A stretch of DNA of 38,147 bases from Welwitschia mirabilis (GCA_051453625.1 JBOZIK010000001.1:8934853-8972999), one strand, 5' to 3'; counted from the first letter of the stretch, positions 22,746-35,401 are shown. The notes: generated from the sequence alone by a model not told the origin. Translations and numbers: made by a program.

Positions 22746-25306
22746 AAGTTTAAATTGTGTTAAAGAAAGTGAACTGATAAATTCCCTATATCTTTGATCT
22801 TATTATCATTGAAATAAAATTCAAAACACATGTCATTTTCATTTTACACTATAATTTAGTCATTTCAACATTTTTATTAGCTAGTTTGCATAGTTTCCCC
22901 TTGTATTTATTTTCTTAATGAAATATTTCATGTATATATACATCAATTTTTGTGCAAGATAATGTTGGCCTTTTTCACACATCACACAAACTTCATGTTC
23001 TATTTTCCATGTTTGAGTTTTATAAACTATAGCCGAACATGTTTATCAAATCGTAGAAGCGATGCATGCTGCTAACCTTCATGCAAAACACGGCTGAGGA
23101 CTTATGCCAGGCCCACATGGTACGGGTCACTTCATCCCCTATCACTTCAATGTCTCTGTCATTAACATTTCACTCCATGAGGCTCCATCTATGGAATAGG
23201 ACAACAATAACATATACCACATTGACCCATGTTATGATAGTCTTGATCCTTTCCCTATTATAATTCACCCCCTTACACGAGCCCTTTTATTTTACCTACT
23301 CATATATCACCATTATCGTTTTACTAAATATTAGTGGTATATCTCCCTTCTGCCATGCATCTCATCACATCCTCTATGAATCATCATTACCTCATTTTAT
23401 TTCACTCATACCTGCCATGTTATCCTATTGGCCATATCTGCATCACATTTTCCATGGCTCTCACTTTCATCTTGTTTTTAATTTTTTAAAAAAAGAAGAA
23501 AAATAGAAAAACAAAATTCAATCAAAATCACTATTAAAAACCCGCAAGGGCACATGTTTGCATCTTTCCTAGCATTTGAGACTTTATAATAATCATAGCA
23601 TATTATAAGCCCGTCATGTTCATCATTTAGTTTTCATTATTCACTCACAGTTTCCATCTCTTTATAGCCTAATCTTATTTTACCTTGCATGAACCATTAC
23701 CTTAAATTCATCTACTTCCTTTTATTGCACAACGTTTAGATACATCTTTATAATGAGTTAACTTCCAAGTGGCTAAATCTTTATCTTATAAAGAAGTGCA
23801 TTTTGAGTGACTTCATTGAGGTTCTTAATTTAAATGCTAAGAAAAACTTAGGGTCAATGAATAATAGTTAAGACTATGTTAATGATGACCGATATGATCT
23901 TGGCATGATAAAAGCAATTGAGTAGGAAGATCATCTTAATTGAAAGATGCATCCTTCCTTTGCCTTTACCTAAATGACTCTTCGGTAAGATTTCTTTGTT
24001 AGAGTCACTTGTTTGTTTAATTGGTCTATCTATTTGGTCCTATGTTAAATCACATTCCAGTTTTCATCAAGGTAGTTTTTTACTGTTTGGCACTCACAGT
24101 GGTAAGATTAGATTTCACCTAATCTGAAGACATTCCCTTGTTTATAACCCTTGATATCTTATGTTGTTCTATCTTGGTATCGATTATGTCAATTCTAATA
24201 CATACCTTCAACTGTGAGACTTACAATTTACCATCTCAATGATCAAGCAATGTTAAAACAAAAAAAGGAGAATCCAAGTTAATTCATTAATACTCAAAAA
24301 AAAAGGGGAAAAAAAGGAGATCATGATGTTCTACCACAAGCATCCTAGGGTAAATATTCCTAAGAGGGGCCTTTCACAGTGTCATGTGGGAGCTATGGAA
24401 ACTCCACTAGGTTGTTAGTTGGTCACGATCTAGCTTCAGCTTGCAGATCCTTACGCTATTGTTAGTGGTTGCACTCCCCTTACCATGGTAAATGGTGTTT
24501 CCTAAGCACCCCATTGACCTGGTTTTTCATAACTCTGAAGCTATGACTTTGCAAGCATTTAGAACATATTTGTTATTGGATAGTAAGTTAGTCAGGTTTC
24601 ACTTACTGTTACAGCTGATGAGTGAACTGAGTTATAGTCTAGCCATTATATTAGTACTTCGTAGTATAACCATAAGCATTATCATAATCACTGCCCTTAT
24701 TGCGTGATACTCTGTGGTATTTAGCATCAAATCACATGTTAATGATATTAAACAATGTTATGATTTATACCAATAGACTTTGCTAGGCTGGCATTTAGAG
24801 GTGTGGAAATCAATCTTCTTTATGCCTCTCTTTGTCCATTCTCACCTAGTCTTTTTGCGGTATTCGTGACTAATTACCTTAAAGTATTTTTTTGTATTTA
24901 CTCTTACTTACTCAAGACTAATCACATTTCTCAGTTATCTTTTGGCATTCATCTCCTTCCACCACCTTGCTTTATTACCTTGTGATGTCACAATCATCTA
25001 TCTTCCATCATCATCACCTCTCGTACCCTTTTTCTTGTCCCCCTTTTCTTTACTTACCACTCTCTCACACTCTAATCCATCCTTATCCATTTTCATAATT
25101 ATAGTCAAATGTCAGTTATCCTTCCCATTTTCCATTTTCTTCATTTTTCCCCTTTGACGTTGCTAAGTTACATCATCACCTAGATCCCAGTGCTTTAACA
25201 TTTGTCCCTTGAGCATTTGCATCCATTTTGTTTTAAAAAAAAGAAGAAAAGAAGAAAAGAAAATAAGAGAAAAATTTTAAAAAATTAAATGAGAGAGAAA
25301 ATTATT

Positions 25307-25309
<3 letters not shown>

Positions 25310-25364
<55 letters not shown>
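25310..25364. repeat. (GA)n microsatellite
   Basis: Direct reading. Other SSRs: (GA)n about 3862-3892 and 37683-37741, (GT)n about 15601-15638 and 26310-26352, (CT)n about 26125-26154. Confidence 0.95.
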
Positions 25365-25367
<3 letters not shown>

Positions 25368-25495
25368 AGAAGAATGAGAAAAGAAAAAATTTTAAAAAAC
25401 CAAAAAAATTTATCATGGTGCTCAAACATATAAGAACTCCAAAAGGGAGTGTGTGATTAGTTTCATGGATTTCATTCCACTCACCCCCACACTAC

Positions 25496-25509
25496 AAAAG
25501 GGGGACAAG
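25496..25509 (+). promoter_or_regulatory. Polypurine tract
   Basis: AAAAGGGGGACAAG lies immediately before the TG of the 3' LTR. Confidence 0.88.
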
Positions 25510-26122
25510 TGTAATATGTTATTATTTTTATCGTATCACATAGGGGCACTCACTCCTAGGTAAGGAGAGGGCGACAATACAGAAAAGCAGGTGCATGTCC
25601 ATAGAATCAAAAAGAGAGCAAAATGAGAAGCATAAAAAGGCAAAACAATGCCTTAAAATAGGGAATTGTATGAGGAGCAAGGGAGAAGGGCATCAAATCA
25701 AAGCAGCCCCAAAAAAAAAAAAAAAAAAAAAATTAACACAAGCAGCGAAGGCTCAGAGAGCAAAATAGAGCAATGATTTAGAGGAGAGCACACACAGTGG
25801 ATGATGTACAGGAGGAGGACACAGCAGGAAAAAAAAAAGGATATTCCATGACTTGTAACAGAAGATTTAGTTCATCAAAATTTTGCCAGGTTTGAATCAT
25901 GAATTTTAATAATCATCCTCTCGATAAGTCTATGTTGGCCAAAGGACATTTTCCCTAATATTTTCCTCAATTAAACAATTCATTTCATTTTAAAATCAGC
26001 GTGCGAATATAGAGGATTGAGTCCTCCTTCCACTCCTTTTACTCGTCGAATAGAGACCAGCTGTATTTCATTGAGAATGGCCAAAGAAATTTTATTCTTT
26101 TAGAGAGATGAATAGCTTTCAT

Positions 26123-26158
<36 letters not shown>

Positions 26159-26308
26159 CGTTGAATCCTTATGTTTTAGAACCTCCATCTAAAGGGTCAT
26201 TTTTACTTTCTCTTGCTTTTATTCTACTACCTATCACTTGTAATTTATTTTTTCATTTGAAATAATAAGAAAATTTGGCTTAAAAAAGAAATTTTTTTCG
26301 GTAGTTGC

Positions 26309-26354
<46 letters not shown>

Positions 26355-26709
26355 TTATGTTCATATGCAAATACTTTAGAGTTTTCCTGCTCCCAACATC
26401 TTTAATTTATTAAATTTAAATTAAGATTGTGGATTTTTACTTAAGTTAATTTTCAGATAAAACATTTATAAGATTGTTTTGGGTACCATCCCTAATATGA
26501 AAGGAAAATGCCAATGAATATAGGATTGTTCAGACCTTCTTTATTTTATTTTACCATAATGATAAGACCATGAACTATTGAGTTCATAACATTAGCCACT
26601 AGTTTTTCTCTTGAGTCTCAGCTATGACTATTAAAGCACCTTTACGTTCAAATCTGTCTTCCAATATCAAGATAAATTAGGTTATGAGGGGGGAAAAATC
26701 TAGTAAACA
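25510..26709 (+). repeat. 3' LTR of the Tat/Ogre element
   Basis: TGTAATATG...GGGAAAAATCTAGTAAACA, followed by the TSD copy TCTAG. Confidence 0.93.
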
Positions 26710-27050
26710 TCTAGAGTGGAGACACCCCATGTGGATGCAGTAACAATTTTTTGATACATAACAACACTCAAAAGCTAGTAGTCTTAGTATTATTCAATAA
26801 AGTTATAAGGAACAAATTGGCATTCTACAATAAGATCGATGAAACACTTGATAAATGCAAGAGTAGATCAAAAGGATTGACTTGGAAGCACGGAATTAGC
26901 TACATAAAGGTTTTTGTACTACTAGTAAAATTACACATCATTTAAACCTTAATTGCATTAGTAGCATACAAAGAATGGCACGTGCATCAGCTTGATGTGA
27001 AGAGTAGATTTTTTTAATGCAGATTTTGAAGAGGAGATTTACATGGGAAT
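26710..27050 (+). pseudogene. Ty1/copia RT remnant (right part of the split element)
   Basis: EWRHPM...KIDETLDKCKSR..KG...GISYIKVF...LIALVAYKEWHVHQLDVKS...EEEIYM (copia RT motifs QLDVKxAFL and EEIYM). Confidence 0.88.
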
Positions 27051-30000
27051 AACAATCCAATCCTACAGGAAGTAGTTTAGAATCATGTGATAAACATGTA
27101 GTAATTTGTTAATATATTAACTTGCAGATATTCTAACAATATCACTAGGTAGAATTAAGTCTCATGATTTTAGATATCGACTACAGTTAAGTAGCATTAA
27201 GTGCTTAGTAAGAGGAAGTCTACTAAAAGATCAACGATTTCGTGTTTAAGGCCACAACCACATTAGTTTAGGCCTAATGCTTTCTCTAAGTACTCTAATT
27301 TTCTTAAAAGATATTTTCTTTGAAATTCTTCTTATTTTTAATGTGTTAATTATATGACATGTCATACATGACTTCCAAACTTAAAGAGGTAACTAAAGTC
27401 TAATGGCCTATAACTTTAGTTAGTAAGTTCATAATATAATAATAAATGTAAAAAATCAACCACTTGTAAAAAGTGAGACCAATAATTAAAAAGGGTAAAG
27501 GACTAACCTTAGATGTATGAATAAAGATTAGTATTCTAATGAGGTAATTGTTGTTGTATAGTTGTTTTGTTTTCATGTTGACAGATGGTTTCTATTAATG
27601 TTATTGCATTGTTATGATGCTTGAATAAGGACTATTATTCTTGTTGTTTTGCTCTACAACATTGTCTGGCTTTTTTAGTTCTCTACTAACTTCACCTTTG
27701 CAAGTTATCTCCATACATTAGTCTTCCTAACATTTTAAGCTAAGTGAAAAAGATAAAATTTTCCATCATATCTTGGGAAGTACTAGAATTGATATACCAT
27801 AAAAAGAATCTAGATTTATTAATAAAAAAGGCTAAATTTTAATTGCATATTTCCTTGTTCATGCAACACATCGATCTCTCAGTGTAAGTTTTGTTATTAG
27901 AATTATTTCAATAATTTTTAATTGATAATAACTCTTAATTCCTCAGTGTAAAGTTTGTTATTAGAATTGTTAGAATTATTTCAATAATTTTTAATTGATA
28001 ATAAGTCTCATTTGCAAAATTGATAGTAACTTGTTCTTCTTCATTTCAGTGTTTTTAAGTCCCTCCCCCATTCCCCACCCCACCCTCCTTGACCCCCAAC
28101 CCTCGCCACCCCCTCTTAATGGCTTGTCATTTGATTTAGTGGTTAATCTAGGTGCTTTTGATTCCCTAGTAGCCTTTTGTTCTAATTTTGTCTAAAGCAA
28201 TTTAGCAAAAGGATCTTTGGTGATCTTCATTGTTTTAGATTGTTTGTAGGTTCTTACAAATATACTATGTTTTGTTGGTAATTGATGTAACATTGTGTAT
28301 TAAACCTTTAGCTTGCTTGTAGGTTTCTATAAATCTATTATGTTTTGTTGGTAATGGATATTGAAGTTCCAAAATTAGGAACTTAATGCAAAGAAGACCC
28401 AATATCCCACTGTTAATCAATTACTCAAACATTCTTTAACACAAACATTGCTAATGTGATATAGAAAACTACATCCAATTCATGTTGAGTTCCATTTTGA
28501 GTGAACAAATGTTATTAGAGCATACACATTTTGATGGCCACTTGTCATTCGTATTTGTGAATTATCTTCAGCAGCTGACATGATCTTAGCTTTGAAAGGT
28601 GTATTTAGTTGGCCAAAAAAATTGAAACATACGTCCAATCAGATACTTTTGATAACCACACAACTTGTAAGAACACACTTTATTGACAAGTATTTCTTAG
28701 TGAGAGGCCAAACAACTTGAAATAGGTCTGGTTCATCATTTATGAAGATAATAAAGTGATGAGTAAGCTAGTTTGACCCAAACATCACTGAATTCCAAGC
28801 TCATGCCAATGTTCACAGACATTTGTTGTTCAAAAGCATAAAATCTTTTAACCACTGAAGTATTCAGAAGATCTCTAACTGTTTTATGTTGCTTTTTTAT
28901 AATAAGTAGAGAGTGGCAATTACAACTGAATTATAAAGAAGGCAAGCGTGACTTGAAAACATCCAATATTCCAAATTAACAATGAACTGAAAGGGCTGCC
29001 CTATCAATGTCATTAGAAACGGTATTTTATCAAATTTTCAATCACAAGAAGGTTTGAGCTAAGAATAGAGAGACTTCAAAAGTGGGGCTTTTCCTCATGG
29101 AGGATCTTGGCCCAACACATATATCTCACAAATATGTCCAAAATTTTACAACTTGCAAAACATAAAATTATTTAACAATCAATGTTCTGGGTTTGAAAAT
29201 CTTTTAATAATTTGTTAAAACGTTGGAATAGGAAAACAGGACACTTCTGCAAATACAAACCTTTAGGACTGAATAACAAACTCCAAAACAACGTTGAAAT
29301 TGAGCCACTAAAAACAACGTTTTAGAAAGAAGCTATTTCAGGGTTTTGTCAATTTTTCTGATGCAACTNNNNNNNNNNTTAACTCAAATAATATTGACTG
29401 AAAATTCTCTAATCAATAAGAAGTATACACGGATCAAAATATAAGTTCTAATCGCAGATTTTTAGCAAATATTGGCAAGTATTTTACAGGTCACGTTGAT
29501 GACATTTTCTGCATTTTCTTGTTAGCATCAGAACTAAAAGAGATTTATTAATTAGAACTCTTGAAGGTAAGATAAGGCATTTATGTTGGCAGAAAAAAGC
29601 TTGCAGAGACTGCAGTTTAATTTGAGACGAAAAGGGATTAAAGGAATCCTTTCCTACCGGTGTCCCTTTTTCAATGGAAGTTGGTTTGTGCAGGAACTGA
29701 AACTGTACAGCAATTGGAAGCAATCTGCAAACCGTTCAGTTTTTTTTTGGACTTCTAACGCTTGTCAAGAGGAGAAGAACTAAACGTGACAACAAGGGAT
29801 GAGGTTACAAAGCTGACAGCAATCCTAGGATCATATTAACGAACACAACATTTTTTAAAACTAGGATCATATTAACGTCAAATGTTGCTAAATGTGGGCA
29901 ACTCAAATATAAGAACTGAACATGAAATTTCGGAGCTAAATTCATTGCAAGTGTGATTTCATAATAAAAAACTTCGAAAGCAATTTATATTCTTTGTTAA

Positions 30001-30810
30001 TGAAGAAATGGTTGGGCGGTTTTTAAATAAAAACAAGAGCTGAGTCATGAATTGGACACTGTGAATTCATTATGCACACCCAAAAGACAAAGTATCCTCA
30101 AATTATCTCACTACATCAACAGAGAACTGAAATTTATTACAAGAAATAGAACATTTGTGATGATAAAGAAAGTTAGAATTGAAGAAATCCGATAACAAGG
30201 GTCTACAACCCAAATGCTGAGATGCCTTGGTGACTGAGTTTGAAACTGAAACTGACAAAATCAAGTAAAGAGGGTTTGTAACTCTAATGCAGACTTCCAA
30301 ACAATAGAAGCAATCGCACAATTTCTCGTCAATGGAGAAGAGGTTTAAATACATTTTTGAAAGCCAAAAAAATATGAGAAGACAAATGACAAAATTGATG
30401 AATGGGCGTGGTTGTCTTTGCCATTCTAGATTTTTTTGCTTATCTCAACTTGCAACTGTAGTTTTGCGTTTGCTTTATCTACAGCATGTAAATCGCTCGC
30501 TCGTTGAAGCACACTTTTTGGACTTTATGTATTAACCACTGATAAAGAGCAGGATATTTCTGAATTTAGGTACCACCCGTCTAAGACAAAAAAGAAAATC
30601 TCTTCCAAGAAGAATCCTTGTTTTACTATAGTGGCTGAGAAGGAGAAAACCTTTTGGACGCAGTTGGATACTTTTCAATATAAAAAAAAGTTGACTTTTT
30701 GGTTTACCTCNNNNNNNNNNNNNNNNNNNNNNNNNNNNNNNNNNNNNNNNNNNNNNNNNNNNNNNNNNNNNNNNNNNNNNNNNNNNNNNNNNNNNNNNNN
30801 NNNNNNNNNN

Positions 30811-30940
30811 TGTTCTTTTCTTCATTCTAATAGAGAGCTCTGCATTGCTTCCGTGGTTTTTCCCCACATTGGGGTTTTCTACGTAAACCTGGTGTGTTGA
30901 TATTTGCATTTTGCTTTTGCTCTGCTGCATTTCTCTAACA
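30811..30940 (+). mobile_element. 3' end of a Ty1/copia LTR; the remainder is in the gap
   Basis: CCGTGGTTTTTCCCCACATTGGGGTTTTCTACGTAAA is a typical copia U5 motif, and the segment ends CTCTAACA. A highly similar reverse complement lies at 37974-38100. Confidence 0.8.
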
Positions 30941-32725
30941 TATTTTTCATAACACATTCATCTTTCCTGTTGGCGTCCCTTTTTTGTTCTCCCTTCATGT
31001 GACTATCGTCTTCTCACATGTATTTGTTGTCCTTTTGTATTTCTTTCTACTTCCCTTTCTTGGTTTTTGGAGAAAGCAAGCATGATTAAATTATCATCAA
31101 ATTATAAAGCAGAAGAGTATCCAAAAGGTGATGGAAGTGAGACAATAGCAGTCGGCAGGGGCCTACAATAAGGATATGGCAATGAAAAGATCATATCAAC
31201 TGAATGAAACACCTGAAGGGGATCTCTGAATCCCAACAAGGCTAAATAGACACAATCCAAAAGGGCACGAGACAAACTGAAAGGAGCTATGCCATTAGCT
31301 GGAGATGATGATTATCTCTACGCAATAAAAGAACAGGGAGTCAGAGCAAACTAATGTGCATTGTTGCTTATTGTACACATTTTTGGCATAGCATTCCTAA
31401 AATGTTCATTTGGATGAGATTTGCTAGTGTTGATTCCATGGGTGGCTCTCCAAAATATGAATTTGCATGACAGAGGGGTATTGAAGGCTTTGGATTCATC
31501 TTTCTGCTGTTGCCAGTTTTTCTGAAAGCTTTTTCTTTGAATATCCTAGTAGCATTGATCTTATGGACAAAGAGATTTTGATCTTTCTTCTTTGCATCCC
31601 GAATAGAAGAATCAATGAAAGCAGCTAGGAGTCATTATAGGTTAATAGACACAATTTTTCTGTGAGTGAATATGAGCTTAAAATGTATGTCCTCCCTCTT
31701 TTTGTTATCGTCATCTCTCTTTTGTTTTATAAATTTTGAACTCTGCTTCCTGTTGTTATCAAGTCCCTTAGTGTCATCAAAATTTTGGTGTATTTATTTC
31801 TTCATGTGTTGCATATATTCATTTGTTTACACATATGTCTCTTTTTCCTACCATTCTTTATAGCCTTGGCCACAGTCAAGGTTTCAAATTTGATATTCTT
31901 TTAACTTTATTTTAATATGACCAAACCATCTTTTATGTGTCCTATTTAGGAAAATAACTATGATGACTAGAGAAGCAAGGGTTGTCTCTTAAGTTATGAT
32001 TAAGTCTAGTCAGGATATTATGTGACATTTTGGCCCTCTCATTGTTGCTAGACTCAGCTAGGCGAATGTGGTGGTGGTGGTATGCTTATTAGTTATGAAA
32101 TTCAGCCTTTTTCCTTGAAATGATATAAAAAAGGATACATATGCTTTCTAAATCAATCTTAGATAAGGTAATGATAGTGAAACATGAATAATTCACTAGG
32201 AAATATATTGCATGACCAGTTTTAGGAAAACGACAAAGCATAACTCATGGAAATGTCAGAAAGTAAAGGTATCATGTACGTCTTACCATAGATCAATAGT
32301 AGCATCAATTATCAATGTAATCATGGAACCACACTTAGAAATACAATTTTGAAACATTGAGCACAAAATAATTTATGTGTGATGCTATGATACAGACATA
32401 CCCATTAAGATTCTTTCTAATTTTTCTCTACTATTTGAGTNNNNNNNNNNCAAATGTCATAATCTGTGAAGATATTGTTGAAAATAAACTACTCGTACCC
32501 ATTCCAAGTGCAAGGCGTGATTCGACAATCATCTGTCTGCATACACTTCCTGACATGTAGGTGGCAATAGAGGAAGGCTATCTCTCTGTTGTTTTCCTTG
32601 CCTACAGTTGGACCAAGCTGTTCTGCCCTAACACCTACGTTATAATCAACAATCATCCTAGCACAAGAATGTTTTAAGCATGTCATAACTAAAAGCTATT
32701 GGGCTATGGCAAAGTNNNNNNNNNN

Positions 32726-32880
32726 CCACTGTACCACGAGATTGTGGCAAGTCAGAGAGTACTCGTCAACTCACAAGTCTCTAAAAACTCCTGAGTCAGA
32801 TTCAAAGAAACTCACAAGTCTTTGTAAAACTCGTTAAGTCTGCGAGTTTGCATGAGTCTTGCTGAGCCTACGTAGGTCAG
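32726..32880. mobile_element. Possible hAT-type non-autonomous DNA transposon fragment (subterminal repeats)
   Basis: Clustered ACTC/GAGT motifs in both orientations (GAGTACTCG, AACTCACAAGTC twice, AACTCG, CGAGTT). No TIR or TSD identified. Confidence 0.4.
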
Positions 32881-33081
32881 GGAGGGGGCAAAAGATTAAT
32901 TAAGAAAACACTTTTGCTGATATTTTTTAGGGCCCAGCAAGTTTTTAGGGTAGAAGAAAGCCTTTGCCCTCTTTCCTAATGCAGATTTCACTCAGATTTC
33001 ACATATTTTGGATTTTAAGAGAGGATTTTTGGAGTTAGTACAGCCTCTGAACTCCAAAGTTTGGAGTTCAAATAGGTTTTT

Positions 33082-33461
33082 AAGGAATGCTCACTTTTGG
33101 AAAGTCTATCATGGAGTCCAAACATGGACAGAATTAGGCAAAATTGTGGGGCAAAAAAGAAAGTTACAAATTAAGTCTTCTTTTGAATAAGGCACATGGA
33201 ATGCGGACTGTGTTTATCATATTCATTGTGAAAGATATCCTCACTTGTAGATGAAACTTTAATTGACATATCAGTACAACCTCCAATTATATCAATACAG
33301 GATATTGCATGCAAAGTGATTATATATTCATCTCTCTCATTAAAGGAATGATTAATCAATTAAAGGTGAGTACTGAAGGAAGAATTGATTTATAGGAGCT
33401 AAAACTGGATTCCTTGCCTTTAATCTGTTCATGATAGGTTTTCCAAAAGTGAGCATTCTTT
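33082..33461. repeat. Inverted repeat with ~34-bp arms; MITE-like or foldback
   Basis: AAGGAATGCTCACTTTTGGAAAGTCTATCATGGA (33082-33115) against the reverse complement of 33428-33461, AAAGAATGCTCACTTTTGGAAAACCTATCATGAA: 30/34 identical. Confidence 0.8.
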
Positions 33462-34255
33462 GCAGTTCAAAGTTTGTGAGCACTCTTTATAAACATCATT
33501 AAAATCCTTAGGATTGTATTCAAAGTGCTAAAATATGAGACTCTTTAGTGTCCATACCCTGGATCTTTGAAGAATCTCTTAACTCTGCTCAAAAGGATAC
33601 GTTACAACTGCTAATTAGCAGAGTGTTTAAACAAGAAAATATAGATTAGCGAATGTTAATGTAAACAATCGGTTGGTTATTGGCTTATTGCTATGTTTGG
33701 CTATTATGCTAATAGAAAGACAGATCAATGGGTAATCTATAATCATACAAACTTAGAATGGTACTGTGTATAGAAATACATTTTACGTTATTGTCGTATA
33801 GAGATCTTAGTTTAGAATTTCTCGTCCATGCTAAATTAATTTTCTTATAATTGAGTCTATTAATAGTTTTACACTTTCAGGTATTCCAATCATGTTCATG
33901 ATTGTATTGGTTTAAGCACTGTTGTATTGCTATAGACAGTTTTTTCCTTTTTACATGCTTAACTGTTCATTTGATTGGATACATTTTATCGTATTTGTTT
34001 TCTTTTGTTATGCAGTTTCAGTAGTCTCCCCAGTGTTTTGACCCACATTATATGATTGATTTCATTTAAAGTTTGGATGTGCTTACAATTTGAATGTTAT
34101 TTTAACTATGTTTACCGATTGATTAGTTTGGGATCTTCAACTGTAAACGTGAAAACCATTACAAAGTATTAAATCTTTTCTGACATAGATATCATTTTTT
34201 CCCCTAACTGGTGAAATTCATGGATATTTATATGAACCTCTTCCTATTGTGTCAG

Positions 34256-34411
34256 GTTCTGGCAAGAAAGTTTGGAGCTATAATTGTTAGCCTTGAGCAT
34301 AGATATTATGGAAAAAGCATTCCTTTTAACACGTCAACGACAAGCAATCTGCGGTTTCTTTCATCCAAGCAAGCTCTTTTCGACTTAGCGACATTTCGTA
34401 AATATTACCAG
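34256..34411 (+). CDS. Internal exon of a peptidase S28 family serine carboxypeptidase (EDA2-like)
   Basis: 156 nt in phase 0, flanked by TGTCAG| and |GTTTTG. It encodes VLARKFGAIIVSLEHRYYGKSIPFNTSTTSNLRFLSSKQALFDLATFRKYYQ, with the S28 signatures LEHRYYGKS and LSSxQALxDLAxF and no stops. Confidence 0.93.
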
Positions 34412-34599
34412 GTTTTGTTGTATCACATATTTAATCTGTATGAGTGTGTATGAGAGTGATACATCTATCTTTTTCTCTCTTTATAAATTAAGGCTGCACT
34501 ATACATACACAGAGACACACATATTCGTTACATAAGTTTAAAAAATATGTACATTTGCTGAAGATGATGTCTTCTACTTACTGAAATAAATGCTGAAGT

Positions 34600-35078
34600 T
34601 GTTCTAAAGAGCATAGCCAAAAGCAACAATGGAATAGAGCAACAACAAACAAAAGACACACGAATTAACGTGGTTTAGGCCCTTTATACCCTATGTCTAT
34701 AGAATAGTGTAGAGCTCTTAATCTAATCAGAAAACAAGGACACAAGCTGTTGACAATAGCTTTGACAGGGCAAACAACAAGCTGTTGTCAATGGCTTTAA
34801 CAGGGCAAACGATCACTCAATCACTCACTCGAGCCAAGAGACAACATACATCCTCCCTCAAAAAACGTTTTATAAGCTCACATTATGATTAGAAACCCGA
34901 ATACTAGTGACAAAATCCTAAAGTTACATGGGAGCCCTTTAATTTAAACAATCCTTCATAAACAAGTAACTTTATAACATATGAGGAAACCTCATGCTTT
35001 TCCCTCATTTTACAATCAATGTTTTCCAACATAAAAGGGAAAAGTTAACTAGAAGGAAGATTTGGCTTCAATCTAACA
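34600..35078 (-). mobile_element. 3' LTR of a Tork-like Ty1/copia element (minus strand)
   Basis: TGTT...AACA ends. On the minus strand it is preceded by the PPT-like GCCAAGGAGAGAAT and the RNase H C-terminus. Confidence 0.75.
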
Positions 35079-35179
35079 ATTCTCTCCTTGGCACAAATCT
35101 GCCAGCCTTTAAGGAACAAAGAGATGCACTCTCTAGATGTTCAATAGTTATGTTGTAACTATCCCACACTACTCTTCAT

Positions 35180-35401
35180 AGAAGACATGCTTCTTTGTTG
35201 TTGCCACCTTTGTTAATGCATCAATATTCCTTTTAGTATGAATCTGTTGCATATCCATAAAGCCATCTTCTATTATGTCTTTGATAATTTGGACCATCAC
35301 ATCTATATGCTTGTTCCTTTCATGGTAAACAGGATTTTTAGCCAAAAAAATTGCACTTTAAGAATCACATAGGACATAATATTTCTTTTATCTTATTCCA
35401 G
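35180..35401 (-). pseudogene. Ty1/copia RNase H C-terminal remnant
   Basis: Minus strand reads LCDS*SAIFLAKNPVYHERNKHIDV...IHTKRNIDALTK. Confidence 0.92.

Larger units (their letters stand above)
14825..26709 (+). mobile_element. Full-length but decayed Tat/Ogre-type Ty3/gypsy LTR retrotransposon (11,885 bp)
   Basis: Two ~1.2-kb direct LTRs, a 5-bp TSD CCTAG/TCTAG, PBS, PPT and GAG-PROT-RT-RH-aRH-INT domain order. Confidence 0.95.

Noticed and set aside
24613-24670. CTGATGAG, a hammerhead ribozyme core-like motif downstream of the shared module
   Set aside because: No GAAA motif or stem II follows at a suitable distance.
27878-28360. Short tandem duplications (about 27878-28003 and 28240-28360; also 12854-12922 and 18753-18803)
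   Set aside because: Two-copy AT-rich slippage duplications with no further structure.
29825-29877. Repeat-spacer-repeat arrangement reminiscent of CRISPR
   Set aside because: Only two 17-bp copies, a eukaryotic context and no cas genes. It is an ordinary local duplication.
30153-30224. Possible C/D box snoRNA (GTGATGA...CTGA with a short terminal stem)
   Set aside because: It is short, has no clear C'/D' boxes, and the putative rRNA guide needs a bulge. Such matches are expected by chance.
31080-32715. Codon-like stretches and short ORFs as possible further S28 exons or LINE remnants
   Set aside because: No S28 or LINE RT/endonuclease motif could be read in the frames I tried.
34211-34453. 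80-aa ORF as a complete gene
   Set aside because: Only 34256-34411 has S28 similarity, and it is bounded by AG/GT. The rest is intron read-through.
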